64,000 nucleotides of DNA from positions 88,701,691-88,765,690 of the forward strand of contig NC_090387.1 of NCBI RefSeq assembly GCF_036365525.1, written 5' to 3'. Position 1 is the first letter of the stretch. Each line of letters begins with the position of its first letter. Source of the stretch: Heterodontus francisci. Lineage: Eukaryota. Shown here one piece after another: positions 26,601-38,371 of this stretch. The translations under genes were made by a program, and so were the position numbers. Below the pieces are notes generated by a model that saw nothing but the letters and a program-made list of their open reading frames with translations, was not told the origin of the DNA and searched no databases.

Positions 26601-29600
26601 CAATTTAACTAACAGATTGATGAGAAAATACTGTTTAACATACATCTTTCTTCAACTGAAAATCTCCGCTACAATTTGCTAAACTGTATTGTTGAGTTAT
26701 AACCCTCTATTAGTGAATTTCATGGATGCAGTGATGTTCCCACAGCTTCATCAAAGAAATAACAAAATCATTGCGCCCAATTTTAACATTTTGAGATATA
26801 TTGTGAAACCAGTGGTCCCAGTATATCCAACAGATAGCAGAATTGTATTTGTTTCAGTTGGTGTTTGTGTTGGATGCAAATATAACACAGTTCTTGGTGA
26901 TGCATTTAATTTTATTTCTCACCAGGCGGGAAAAGAACATCATTAAATACAAGTCAGCATGCAGATCGGGTAAGACCATTTTATTTTTTTCCGTCTACTT
27001 TGTTTCAAAATTCCACTGATCGTTCGAGACATTGTACTCAAATGAATCTGCTTCAAGCATCTTTGGATTCAGTCTTGATGTTTCCTTGTTCTGTCGAAAG
27101 CACAATTTATTCTGTAAAGATTGGAATATAGAATAATGGCCGAAATCTTTACAAACCCGAACCTATTTTAGGAAGTCAGATATATTGTTTATTTAAAACT
27201 AACTCATCAAAATGTCATAATATTATAAACAAGAATTTATACTATTAAAGACGTCACACAACGTTGTTTGTTCCTTTGTGCTAACCAGGCGGACGTCATG
27301 ATGAATTAAAGTCGCAACATTGATTCTTGTGCGTTAAATTACATTAGGATCTCAATGGTCGGGTTGTACATGCACATGCAGATCATTATTGTCACCCATC
27401 CATTCTTCACTGCTCAAATTCAACACGTTATATACTCTTTGCCCAATGATTAAACCTGGCGTAAACCAGACGCGCGTAACTAAATAACAGAATAACCCGG
27501 AATATACAGAATAGCTGCATTCCAACAAGAAAGAAAATTCCAAGGAGAGGACTCACTATCCGCGGTTAACTAAAAAAGTTAAAGATAGCATGAATCTTAC
27601 AGAAAGAGCATATAATTGTGCAAAGATGGGTGGCAGGTCAGTAGACTGGACAGAATATAATAAAACGGCAAAGAACAACTAAAAGATGAATACGGAGGGG
27701 ATAATAGAGAACGAGGGAAAACTGGCTAGAAATATAAAAACAGAAAGTAAGAGTTTCTATAGATATTTCTCAAATGAAAGAGTTAACAAATTGAGCATTG
27801 GTCCTACAGAAAGTGAGTCTGCGAAATCAATAAGTGAAAATACAGAGATGGCAGATGAATTGTCCAAGTATTTTGCATCGGTCCTCCCGATAAGGAATAC
27901 AATTAACATCCCCGAAATAGTTGCAAATCAGGAAATGGAAGGGAGGGAGGAACTCAAGGAAATTACAATCACTGGGGAAGTAGTACTGAGCTAATTGTTG
28001 GAGATTCAGGCTGATAGGTTCTCGGGTCCTGATGGAACACATCCCAGGGTCTTAAAACAAGTGACTAGTGAGATAGTTGATGCGTTGGTTTGCATTTTCC
28101 AAAATCCCTAGATTTGGGGAAGATTCCATTAGATTGGATAACAGCCAATGTAACTTCTTTATTCAAAAAGGGAGGGAGACAGAAAGAAGCAAACTCAGGC
28201 CCAATAACTTAACAGCAGTCATCGGGAAAATATTAGAAGCTATTATTCAAGATATTATTGCAAGGTACTTAGAAAAAAAATCAAGGTAATCAGGTAGAGC
28301 TGACATTTTTTTTTTGAAAGGGAGATCATGCTTAACCAATTTAGTAGAATTATTTGAACAAGTAACGTACTGTGTATAAAGGGAGGTGGGTGGTTGTACT
28401 ACTTAGATTTCCAGTAGATATTTGATAAGGTGCCACATCAAAGCCAATTGCGGAAAATACATGCTCATTGTGTAGCGGGTAAAATTTTGGCATGGATGGA
28501 AAATTATCTCGCTGACAGGAAACAGAGCGTAGGCATAATTACGTCATGTTCTGGTTGCCAAGATGTAACATGTGATGTCCCACAGGGATCAGTGCCGAGG
28601 TCTGAACTTTAAAAAAATATATATAAATGGCTTTGATGAAGGGACTGAAGGGATGCTTGCGAAGTTTGCTGATGACACAAATATAGGTACAAAGATACGT
28701 TGTGAAGAGGACATAAGGAGAGTACAAAGTGATATAGATAGGTTAGGTAATTTGGCAAAAATCTGGAAAATTGAGTACAATGTAGGAAAGTGTGAAATTG
28801 TCTATTTTGGCAGGAAGAATAAAATGAAACATGTTATCAAAATGGTGAGATTGCAGAGCTCTGAGAAGCAGAGGGATCTGGGTGTCCTAGTGCACGAATC
28901 ACAAACGGCCAGTATGAGGGTGCAACAAGTAATTAGGAAAGCTAATTGAATGTGATTGTTTATTGCAAAGGGAATTGAATACAAAAGTAAGATGGTCACT
29001 CTTCAGTTATATAGGCGACTGTTGAGATCAGTTTGGAGTACTGCGTACAGTATTGATCTCCTTATTTAAGAAAGGATGTAACTGTCGAAAGCAGTTCAAA
29101 GAAGGTTTACGAGCATAATACTTGGAATGGGTGTTTGTTTTTTCTTATGAGAAAAGATTGAAGAGGCGTGGCTTGATTCCGCTGGTGTTTAGAGGAGTAA
29201 GGGACGATTTGATTGAAATATGTAAGATTCTGAGCCGTCTTGACAGGGTGGATGTAGAAAGGATGTTTCCTCTTGGAGGGAGAATCGATAACTCCATGCT
29301 GGATTTTGCAATGTGTTGGGGGTGGGGTAGGGGGCGGCGTGGGGTGAGCCATCAACGGAATGAAAAGGGTTGGTGGAGAACCCGCATCAGCCAGGCCTGG
29401 GGATTCAGAGCGGATTTTCGGGTCCCCAGGCATATAATTGGTGTTTGTTGGGACTTCCACCTCATGTGGCGGAAAGTTCAGACTAATGGAGCTGCCGGCT
29501 AAAAAGCGGACCGGAAGCTCATAGTCCCAGCAGCGCCGCCAGGCAGGATGGCCGCTGCTGAGACTGCAGCCCAGCTCAAGGATGAAGATGACGGAGAGCA

Positions 29601-32600
29601 CCGTAAAACTGGTAAGCTTTAGAGGCCTCATCGAGGGCAATTGATCAGGCCGTGGTGAGGCAAGGGGGATCAGTTAGGGGGGTGGGGGCGTGTTTAGATT
29701 TGTGGATGGTTGGGACATCGGGGGCAGCCCTCCGTAGGGCACATTTTGCCCGATGAGGTGGGCTGTCTCCAGGTCGCCAGAAGACAGCCTAGTTTTATCA
29801 GGCAGCTTTTCTGAGGCTTCAGCTGCCTACCAACTAACCGTGAAGTCGCCTTGTTGGCATGCAGAGTCACTTAAGTGACCATTAATTGGCTATTTTAGGG
29901 CCTTGATTGGCCTGAGGTGAATGGTCTGTTTTCTGCCGCTGCTGGCCCACATAAATTGGCAGTGGATGCATGAGTAAGTCAGAAAGGGCCCTCCCAGCCT
30001 CCCACTCCACTTTACGCACCACCCCACCCTTCTCAACACCACCCCCCCCACCCCCTCCCACCGTCCCCATCCTGCCACTAGCCCACTCTTTGGGGGGAAT
30101 GCAATTCTGGCCTGGGGTCACTTTTAAAAGTAAGGGGTGACCTATTTAAAACAGAGATAAGGAGAATTTTTTTCGCTGTGATGGTTGAGTCTTTGGAACT
30201 CTCCTTGTCGAAAGGCGATGGAAGCAGAGTATTTGAATATTTTTAAGGCAGAGGTAACCCTTGATAAGAAAAGGGAAGAAAGGTTATTGGGGGTAGGTGG
30301 GAATGTGGAATTGAGGTTACAATCAGATTATGCATGATCTTATTGAATAGCAGAGCAGGGTCGAGGGGCTGAGAGGCTTCTAATTCATATGTTCGCATGC
30401 TCATATGTAACAGTTTATGCTTTGCCGCCAACTTGCAGTCCTCTATCACAAGCTGGCATCCTCAAACAACATATAATTGCAAGGTCTTCTCACAGTTGGC
30501 CGAACAAACTGCGGTGCATGGAAGGTTGAAAAAGTTGACTTGATGCCACAGCGCACATTTCTCGAGATGTGGGTGTTGTTGGCAAAGTCGCAATCAACTG
30601 GCCAGAACGTGTTGATGGGTCATCTTCTTGAACCGCTGAGAGCAGTTTCGTACAATGGAATGACTTTCGAGGCGAATTCATAGGACAGTTTGCACGCAAT
30701 CGTTTTAGCCATGTTCTGCAACCACATGTACGATAGACCGGGTGGGAACATGAAAACCTTATTGAATACGTTTTTTTAGAACAATTCAACAGCTTCAGAA
30801 ATAGTTGTTCATTTTTAATTATTTCTTCATTTTTTTAGACATTGCGTTCAATTCTCAAGCTACCATTTTAATTAATCCGCTGAACGTTATTGTCATGACT
30901 GATGAATAGCTTGACAAAACTGTGGAAAAGGTCGCTGTAAATATATGTTCTTCAAGACATTAAGAATAATTTGAGATTCCCCCATGCCTTTACAACAGAT
31001 AACGTGTTACCATTAGGTATTTCCTCATCTCGGATCTCTGTTCTCTCTCCTAATTGGACACTGTGGCCCTGACTACATGCAAATTTTCATTTAATTTTAG
31101 GATTGGAGGAGACCTTTAAAGCAGAGCCGTAACAATCAGGCCCAGGAATGGCGTGCATTCAATACTATGATCTGACACATGCCCACAACAGCGTTCCATC
31201 CAGCTAACAGATAATAAGGATTCCGGTGCCCTCAGGTGCCCTTAGACCAATAAGCTATTTATTTTCACATAACGTACATGAATATAAATCATGTGTTAAT
31301 CACAAGAGAGTATAGTAATTTCTCGTCTTCGATATTATAAAACATTTACCAACTATATCGACTGACGCCCTGGAACATTCTTTCATCTGCGCAACCCAGA
31401 AGTTAGATATACAAATTGGCCCATCCCGTATGCATTCCACAGAGGCTGTCAGCTTGAGGTTCACAGCCAATGTTATGTGAATATGCAAGACCGTAAAATG
31501 GGCGTCAATCAGTATTAAGTATCCGGGAATTCACGCCAGATACTGCATCTATAAATATGTTGCTACTCTGATTTTCCCATCATTTGTGAAGAATACGCAT
31601 CGAGCTTAAGAACCTAAGATCGGAAGCTTTGGAAATTTGAAGATGATTTATGCTCATAACAGAAAAATGACAGAAGTAGAAAATATACTGCAGGACTCAT
31701 ACGAACATGCGAGTTAGCAGTAGGCCGCTCGGCCCCTCAAAACTGCTCCGCCATTCGATAAGGTCATGGCAGAACTGATTACTCCACATTTCCAACTGCC
31801 CCTCATAACCTTTCACCTGCTTGCTTATCAAGAATGTATCTACCTCTGCCTTTAAAATAGTCAAAGACTCTACTTCTACCGCCTTTTGAGGAAGAGAATC
31901 CCAAAGACTCACGGCCATCTGAGAGAAAATAAAATCTCCTTATCTCTGTCTTAAATGGGCGACCCCTTAATTTTAAACAGTGAACCCCAGTTCTAGATTT
32001 TCCCACAAGAGAGAATCCCAGATCCTTTCCACATCCACCCTGCCAAGCTCCCTCAGGATCTTATATGTTTCAATCCAGTCGCCGCTTACGCTTCTATATT
32101 CCAGAGGATACAAGCCTAGCTTGTTCAATATTCCCTTGGAAGGCAGCCCACCCATTCCAGGGATCAGTCTGTACCGCCTCCAACGCATTTAGATCCTTTC
32201 TTAAATAAGGATACCAGTACTTTGCACAGTACTCCAGATGTAGTCTCACCAATACTCTGTATAGCTGAAGCATAACCACCCTACTTTTGTGTTTATTTCC
32301 CCTCACGATAAACAGCAACATTCTATTAGTCTTCCTAATTATGCGCTGTACCTGCATACTAACCTTTTGCGATTCATACACTAGGACACCCAGATCCCTT
32401 TTAATTTCAGAGCTCTGCAATCCCTCACCATTTAAATACTATGCTTGTTTGTATTCTTTCTGCCAAGGTGGACAATGTCCCACTTTCTCACATCATGCTC
32501 CATTTGCTGGGTTTTTGCCCACTCACATAGCCTATCCATATCTCTTTGTAACCCGCTTATGTCGTCTTCACAAGTTACCTTCTTACCTATCTTTGTGTCA

Positions 32601-35600
32601 TCAGAAAGCATACCTTCGTTCCTTCATCTAAGTAACTTATATGAATTGTGAAAAGTTGAGGCCCCAACATAGATCCCTGTGGCAGACCACTCGTTACATC
32701 TTGGCAATCAGAAAATTACCCATTCATGCCTACTTTCCTGTTAGCTATCCAACCTTCGCTCCATGCTAACTTTGTACCCTCTACACCATGAACTTTTGTT
32801 TTCTGCACTAACCTTTGATGTGGCACCTTATCAAATGCCTTCTGGAAATCTAAGTGCAATACATCCTCCAGTTACCGTTTATCCACAGCACATGTAACTC
32901 CTTCAAAGAACTCCAATAAATTGGTTGAACATCATTTCCCTTTCACAAGACCATGTTGACTGTGCCTGAACTCCTCTATTTCTTTCTAAATGCACTGCTA
33001 TAACGTTAATAATAGCTTCTGAAGACAGAGGTTAAGCTAACTGACCTGCAGTTTCCTACTTTCTGTCTCCCTTCCTTTTGGAATAAAGGATTTACATTGG
33101 CTATTTCCCAATCTAATGGAACCTTCCCGAATCAAGGGAATTTTGGAAAATTATAACTAATGCATCAACTATTATACTAGCCACTTCATGTAACACCCTA
33201 GGATAAAGTCCATCAGGCCCGAGGGCTTTCCAGGCCGCAGCTCTAAGAATTTGTTCAGTGCCACTTCCCTGGTGATTGTAATTTCCTTGAGTTCCTCCCT
33301 CCATTCAATTTCCTGATTTACAGCTAATACTGAGATGTTACTTGTATCCTCAATAGTGAACACCGATGACAAATGTCTGTTCAATTCATGTGTCATCTCC
33401 TTATTATCAATTATTAATTCTCCAGACTCACTTTATATAGGAAAAATACTTACTTTATTAACCCTTTTATTTCTGAAATATCTACAGAAACTCTAACTAT
33501 CTGTCTTTATATTTCTAATTAGCTTTCTCTCGTACTCGAATTGTACCTTACTTATCACTCTTTTAGTCATTATTTGCTATTTTTTATATTCTGTCCAATC
33601 TTCTGACCTTCCTCCCATCTTTGCACAATTATTTGTTTTTTTTCTTTTAAGTTTCATACTATCTGTAACTGTTTCAGTTAACCACCGATGGCGGCTCCCA
33701 TCTTTGGAATGTTTCTTTCTCGTTGCAATGTATTTATTCTGTGTATTCTGAATAATCCCATTAAATATCTGCCACTGCACCTTTATTGACCAATCTATTA
33801 ACGTAAATTTCCAACTTTCTTCAGCTAGCTCTGCTTTCATGGCCTCATAATTGCCATTATTTAAGCTTAAAGTACGAGTCATGGGCTCACTCTTCTCTTT
33901 CTCAAACCGAATGCAAAATTCAATCATATTATGATCGCTGCTACCTCGGGGTGCCTAAACTACGAGGTCATTAATTAATCCTATCGCGTTGCACAATACA
34001 AGGTCTAGTACAAACTGCTCTCTGGTTAGTTCCAGAACGTCCTGTTCCAAGAAAGTATCCTGAAATCATTCTATGTACTCCGCATCTAGGCTACCTCTGG
34101 CCATCTGATTTTTCCAATCTATATGCAGGTTAAAACCCCCATAATTATTGCTGTAGCTTTCTGACAAGTTGCCATTATGTCTTCCCTTACACACCGTCCT
34201 ACAGTGTGTTTAATGTTAGGTGGCCTGTACACCACTCCCAGAAGTGACTTCTTGCCTTGATGATTTTTCATTTCTATCCAAACTGCTTCTACATCTGGTT
34301 TCCTGAACTTAGATCATCGCTCTCCATTGTGCTAATATCATCATTACTTAACAGATCTACCCCTGCACCTTTTCTTAGCTTCCTGTCCTTCCTAACTGCC
34401 GAGTACCCTTCAATATTCAGGTCCCAATCTATGTCTCTGTTATGGCTAGCAGATTGTACTTATTTATTTCTATTTGCACGCTCAGACCATCTGTTTTGTT
34501 TTGAATGCTACATGCATTCAGACACAGAGCTTTTAGTTTTGTCCTTTTATTATTTTTGTGTGCTCTAGCCTTATCTGTTGGTTTGCTCTTAGATTTTTAC
34601 GCTTGGTCCCTGTCACAATCTGCTTACTATTTCCCATATTAATACCTTTCTGTCTTGCCATGTCTCGGCTCTTTGATTTTCCACATCTTCCCAAATTTGA
34701 TCCCTCACCCCCAACTATGCAGTTTTATACCCTCTCCACCTCCCTAGTTATGCAGCTCGCCAGTACACCGACCCCAGCACGGTTCAGTTGCAGACTATCC
34801 CAACGGTACACCACTTTCCCCAGTCCTGGTGCCAGTGCCCCATGAACCGGAATCCACTTCTATCACACCAATCTTTGAGCCAGGCATTAATTTCTATAAT
34901 ATCATTTGCCCTATGCCAATTTGCACGTGGCTTGGTTATAACGCAGAGATTATTACCTTTGAAGTTCTGCTTCTTAATTTAGTGAGGGTATTTTTTTCAA
35001 AAATTGCACTAAAACACCAAGTCAAAGGACTTTATTTCTTGGTGCGCCTGGAAATATGATAGTCATATTGAGATGACCTTCAAGCAAGCGTTATTGCACG
35101 ACATTCATATCTAGTTCTCAGTAGCTGGGCGTTGCACCTTTATAATAGGTGGAGATGCAATTGGGTGTCGGGATAAATAGGCAACCATAAAATATAGAGG
35201 AGATTTGGGAATATTGTATTTGTACACATCACATGGTTAAGCCAACATTGCTCAGTATTTTAAATCACCTAATTCGTTTGTGTCCAGATTACGTGTGCCT
35301 CTGCGCGCAAGTACAAAGCAAATTAAACCCTTCCTGGAACTTTGACAGAAAGCGTGAAAAAATGGTACACCAAAAAAATCTTACACCAAATAAATCTTTA
35401 AATTCATAACTGCGCTGTTGAACTCTGTAGGTAATCTCTTAAAGGCGCACTGCAGGAGCTAAAATCATAATGTACGTTGATGTTCACGTGCAATACTCAG
35501 CGTGTTATTCATGGCCTTATTTGCAGTGGTGCAGATCAACAGACAAACCACGGCTTCCTACGGTTGGTCAATATTACCTGGAAGATCTGAGGACACGATT

Positions 35601-36888
35601 TTAAAAATAGCATGCAATTCTTGCGATATGTGCTTTAGCCAAAACAAAATCAACACAGAAAAACTGGCCATTTGTTTGTTTTGTTTTGTTTTGTTTTTTG
35701 CAATTATTTACCTGAGCATGCTCTGCATCAACTGATTGGCATATTTGTCTAAATGAAAAAGAACAATAACCACGTCATAGAAATAAGAAATTTGCTGCTA
35801 AATACTTGGGAACATCCAGTGTACTTGGACGATCCAATGTAAATACAATCTTAAGTGTTAGCTTTTCGAGCCTTCAATCGAAATGCTTGCCTTCCTCATT
35901 TTATAGCCGGCATAATTATTAACCTGGTTTTCCATTTACGACTATATATGATTTGTTTCTATACTTTATTTTTCTTTAATTCAACCGTTTAACTATACAT
36001 TTATTTATCCTGTAATTACGCCACATGCTCGAAGGTAAGGAAGGCGCCATTGAATATTTGCCCCTCAATTTACTATTTTATGCTTTGTATATCCGAACAA
36101 GGTAACGCAGCGCAATCCATGTTTTTTTTTTATTTATACCAATTGAAGTTTGAAGTAATGAATATAACAAACTGCATTCTCAATTTATAACAGAACGTAA
36201 TGGAGCATAGCATTTTTTTTTTGTGAATGTAGAAAAACGATTATTTTGCACTGAAGCGTAAAACGTATTCTTCAGGAAATAGCATAGTTGCAGAGGTTCT
36301 CTGCTAAATTTCAACATATTGAACAATGGCGTTTATGAGTTTGCAAGCAGTTTAGAACCGTAAAATCCAGTAGCTTCTGATTATTGTTCCTTGGCGAGCA
36401 GTAGATCGCTATTAGCAATGGCAATGCAAAAATGCTGCCCTAATTTCCCATGATAATAATCGTTTCTTGACTCTTGGAACTCCGGAAAAGTAAGTTAATG
36501 AATGCTAAACATGGATTTTCCAGAAAGAACGAGAGGCATCTGAGGACAAACTGATGAACGCTTCTCTTTTTGTGGTCGGCTCAAGGGAACGTGAAATTCC
36601 AAAACAACACGAAGAAAGCAGAGAATATGCAGAGGTATATCTCAATTCAGACGTGGAAACAATAGTTGGTGCAGAGATGATATTAGAAAGTAATTATTTA
36701 GAAATTTTCCTACAACTCTTTGAACGAAAATTAAAACATCCTCAACTTATGTTTTACAGGCCAAACAGAGCACCACTGACAGCAACCTGACTTACCTTGC
36801 TCTGAATTTGACTGGTTCTACGAAAACGGCGAAGTCTAAACACAAAGAAACAAGTCTAGTCTACGCAGCGGTTAAAAACAGCAACTAA
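23561..36888 (+). CDS. Ig-superfamily V-C1-TM receptor with ITIM tail (SIRP-like; not assignable to a named ortholog); join(23561..23615,23953..24264,25072..25380,26319..26432,26926..26969,36524..36664,36760..36888)
   Basis: All junctions GT-AG with compatible phases (1,1,1,1,0,0), no internal stops, and a coherent domain order of signal peptide, V, C1, TM, cytoplasmic tyrosine motifs. Confidence 0.85.
23953..24264 (+). CDS. Coding exon 2: V-like Ig domain
   Basis: Acceptor gatAG 23951-23952; VVLRC (B strand), VYWWR (C), YLHL (E), DAGTYYC (F), GVQLVV (G); donor G|GTAAGT 24265. Confidence 0.93.
25072..25380 (+). CDS. Coding exon 3: C1-set Ig domain
   Basis: Acceptor catttAG 25070-25071 (in-frame alternative ccAG 25079-25080); LQC..SAFYPKD..LSW..NG, GLFEVISSL, YTCQLHH (C1 signature YxCxxxH); donor AG|GTAACA 25381. 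Confidence 0.93.
26202..26250. repeat. 49-bp alternating purine/pyrimidine tract
   Basis: gcatgtatatatgtatatatacacgcgtgcgcgtgcatatatgcatatg. Confidence 0.8.
26319..26432 (+). CDS. Coding exon 4: stalk and transmembrane segment (D)CASKIDYVVIAGCAGGALVVLVLAIMIVKGLLFIISK
   Basis: Acceptor ctcatAG 26317-26318; phase 1-1; long hydrophobic run; donor AG|GTATGA 26433. Confidence 0.9.
26926..26969 (+). CDS. Coding exon 5: juxtamembrane (G)GKRTSLNTSQHADR
   Basis: Acceptor ttatttctcaccAG, donor CGG|GTAAGA; converts phase 1 to phase 0 as the downstream exons require. Confidence 0.78.
27505..30410 (+). mobile_element. Intronic 5'-truncated decayed CR1 LINE
   Basis: ARNIKTESKSFYRY, VPQGSV, AKFADDT, EYNVGKCE..FG; tail near 30385-30410. 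Confidence 0.9.
29295..30112. mobile_element. GC-rich non-coding insertion (probable non-autonomous DNA transposon) inside the CR1
   Basis: CR1 sequence gagaatcgataact resumes as ggggtcac at about 30113; ends are loosely inverted (gctggattttgca ... tgcaattctggcc). Confidence 0.6.
31698..34983 (-). mobile_element. Intronic decayed CR1 LINE (ORF2 and end of ORF1)
   Basis: LYRVLVRLHLEYCAKYW.PYLRKD..ALEAVQ, GPDGLYPRVL.EV, and ORF1 3' part at 34740-34980. Confidence 0.92.
36524..36664 (+). CDS. Probable coding exon 6: KEREASEDKLMNASLFVVGSREREIPKQHEESREYAEVYLNSDVETI (duplicate of the terminal tyrosine-motif exon)
   Basis: Acceptor ggattttccAG; phase 0; ungapped alignment to the terminal exon. Donor is either ATA|GTTGGT (36665) or GAG|GTATAT (36635); both are phase 0 and both weak. 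Confidence 0.6.
36760..36888 (+). CDS. Terminal coding exon: AKQSTTDSNLTYLALNLTGSTKTAKSKHKETSLVYAAVKNSN* with two ITIMs
   Basis: Acceptor gttttacAG; LTYLAL and LVYAAV both fit (S/I/V/L)xYxx(I/V/L); TAA at 36886-36888. Too short to appear in the ORF track. Confidence 0.85.
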   Translation, partial: AKQSTTDSNLTYLALNLTGSTKTAKSKHKETSLVYAAVKNSN

Positions 36889-37577
36889 ATTGGGACGGCA
36901 TGATCAATATGCACATCCCGGATGCACTTATGTTGTTTATGAATTTTACCCTGCTACTACCTTTATTTCAGCATTCCGTTCTTTTCCAATGTCGTGGAAC
37001 GAGTTCTTTTCTTCGACCAATAGGTAGTGGGCACGTTCCATTCCGGCTTCAAACTCTCGGAACATGTGCCATTGAAAATCACAATTGACCTCTTTGGAAC
37101 TGTCAACACTGTTCTCATTCAACTTTGTACACTGCATCAAGTTTGACACGGTGAATTATTGCATTATTCTCCAGCATATTTGTTTACAGTCAGATTCCAT
37201 CGTGTACTTTCTCGTGATTCAGCGTGTACCGTTAAAAATGGAAGATATACATATTTTTATTCCCCCGTATCCCTTTTTTTGCGTTTCTGTTCTGCATGGA
37301 ATGTCCGTTACTGCCTTGTCTTTAATTTCTGAATGTTCCATTGTATTGCCTGACATGAATTCTTAGTTCATCGGATTATCATTCCAGAAATAGTTTCACT
37401 CTTTGTTTATTTTTACCCTATCAGCCATTCCCATTTATCATGTTACTTGAAAATATTCATGCTTCATGTTTATGTTCAGAAGATAAACAGAGCCACAACT
37501 GTCTAGTTTGTGGCTTTCCTGTTTTGTTTTTTGTTTGAGATGAGAACTTGCAACGTTTTGTTTATACAATTATTATG

Positions 37578-37583
37578 ATTAAA
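37578..37583 (+). terminator. Candidate polyadenylation signal ATTAAA
   Basis: About 690 nt after the stop, at the end of an AT-rich 3' UTR-like unique stretch. Confidence 0.35.
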
Positions 37584-38371
37584 TAAGGTTTAGTCCGATG
37601 TTCTATCCATAATTCCCCACCTCTTCAGCATTGCTTATTGCAATATCATCCAACAGAACAGGATTAGATGCTAATCGATAATCAATTTACTTCCTGACAC
37701 CTTCCTCCAAAGGCATGTGTTCCTTTCTCGGATACTGAGGCCCTGACAAATCAAGTGCTTCTGCATTGAATGTCAAGAATACCTTATTTCCTTTCGCATT
37801 GCTTGAGACCAGCAGCTGTTCCTGTTTCACCTGTTATAAATCATAATTTAGAAGTGTTCATTTTATAGGTTGACGGAAAAATATGCTAAACGCCCAACCT
37901 CGCATTCTTTGACTATCAAGATCACTTATGCGCATCCCTTCAACATTTTCCTCCTCCATTCATCACCCTTTCTGTACTCCTGCAGGCGCTCACCCTTCTA
38001 CTGGTACCTCTCAAACACACCACGTTTACACGGACATATGCATATCTCATATCACAGCTTGATATCACAAAGCATTTCTACTGTCATCTCTGCTTCCAGT
38101 CATCATCAACTTCAAATTCTTCAGAACACTGGAATCCGTACTGTCGCACACAAGATGTTCCTATTCACACATTTCCACCCTTTCCAAGCTCCAGCGTTTC
38201 ATTGGCCTCCACATTTCTCGACCTCCTCTACAACTCCTCCCTCACCCCACTTTAACGAAATCGTCCAGCCTCACATACGATAAGCAACTGCTGCACCTTC
38301 GACATCAGGCTACTTCTTGTTTTCCTCTCTGATCCAGCACTTGGGCATCAGTTTTAAGCATTGCGTGTGTT

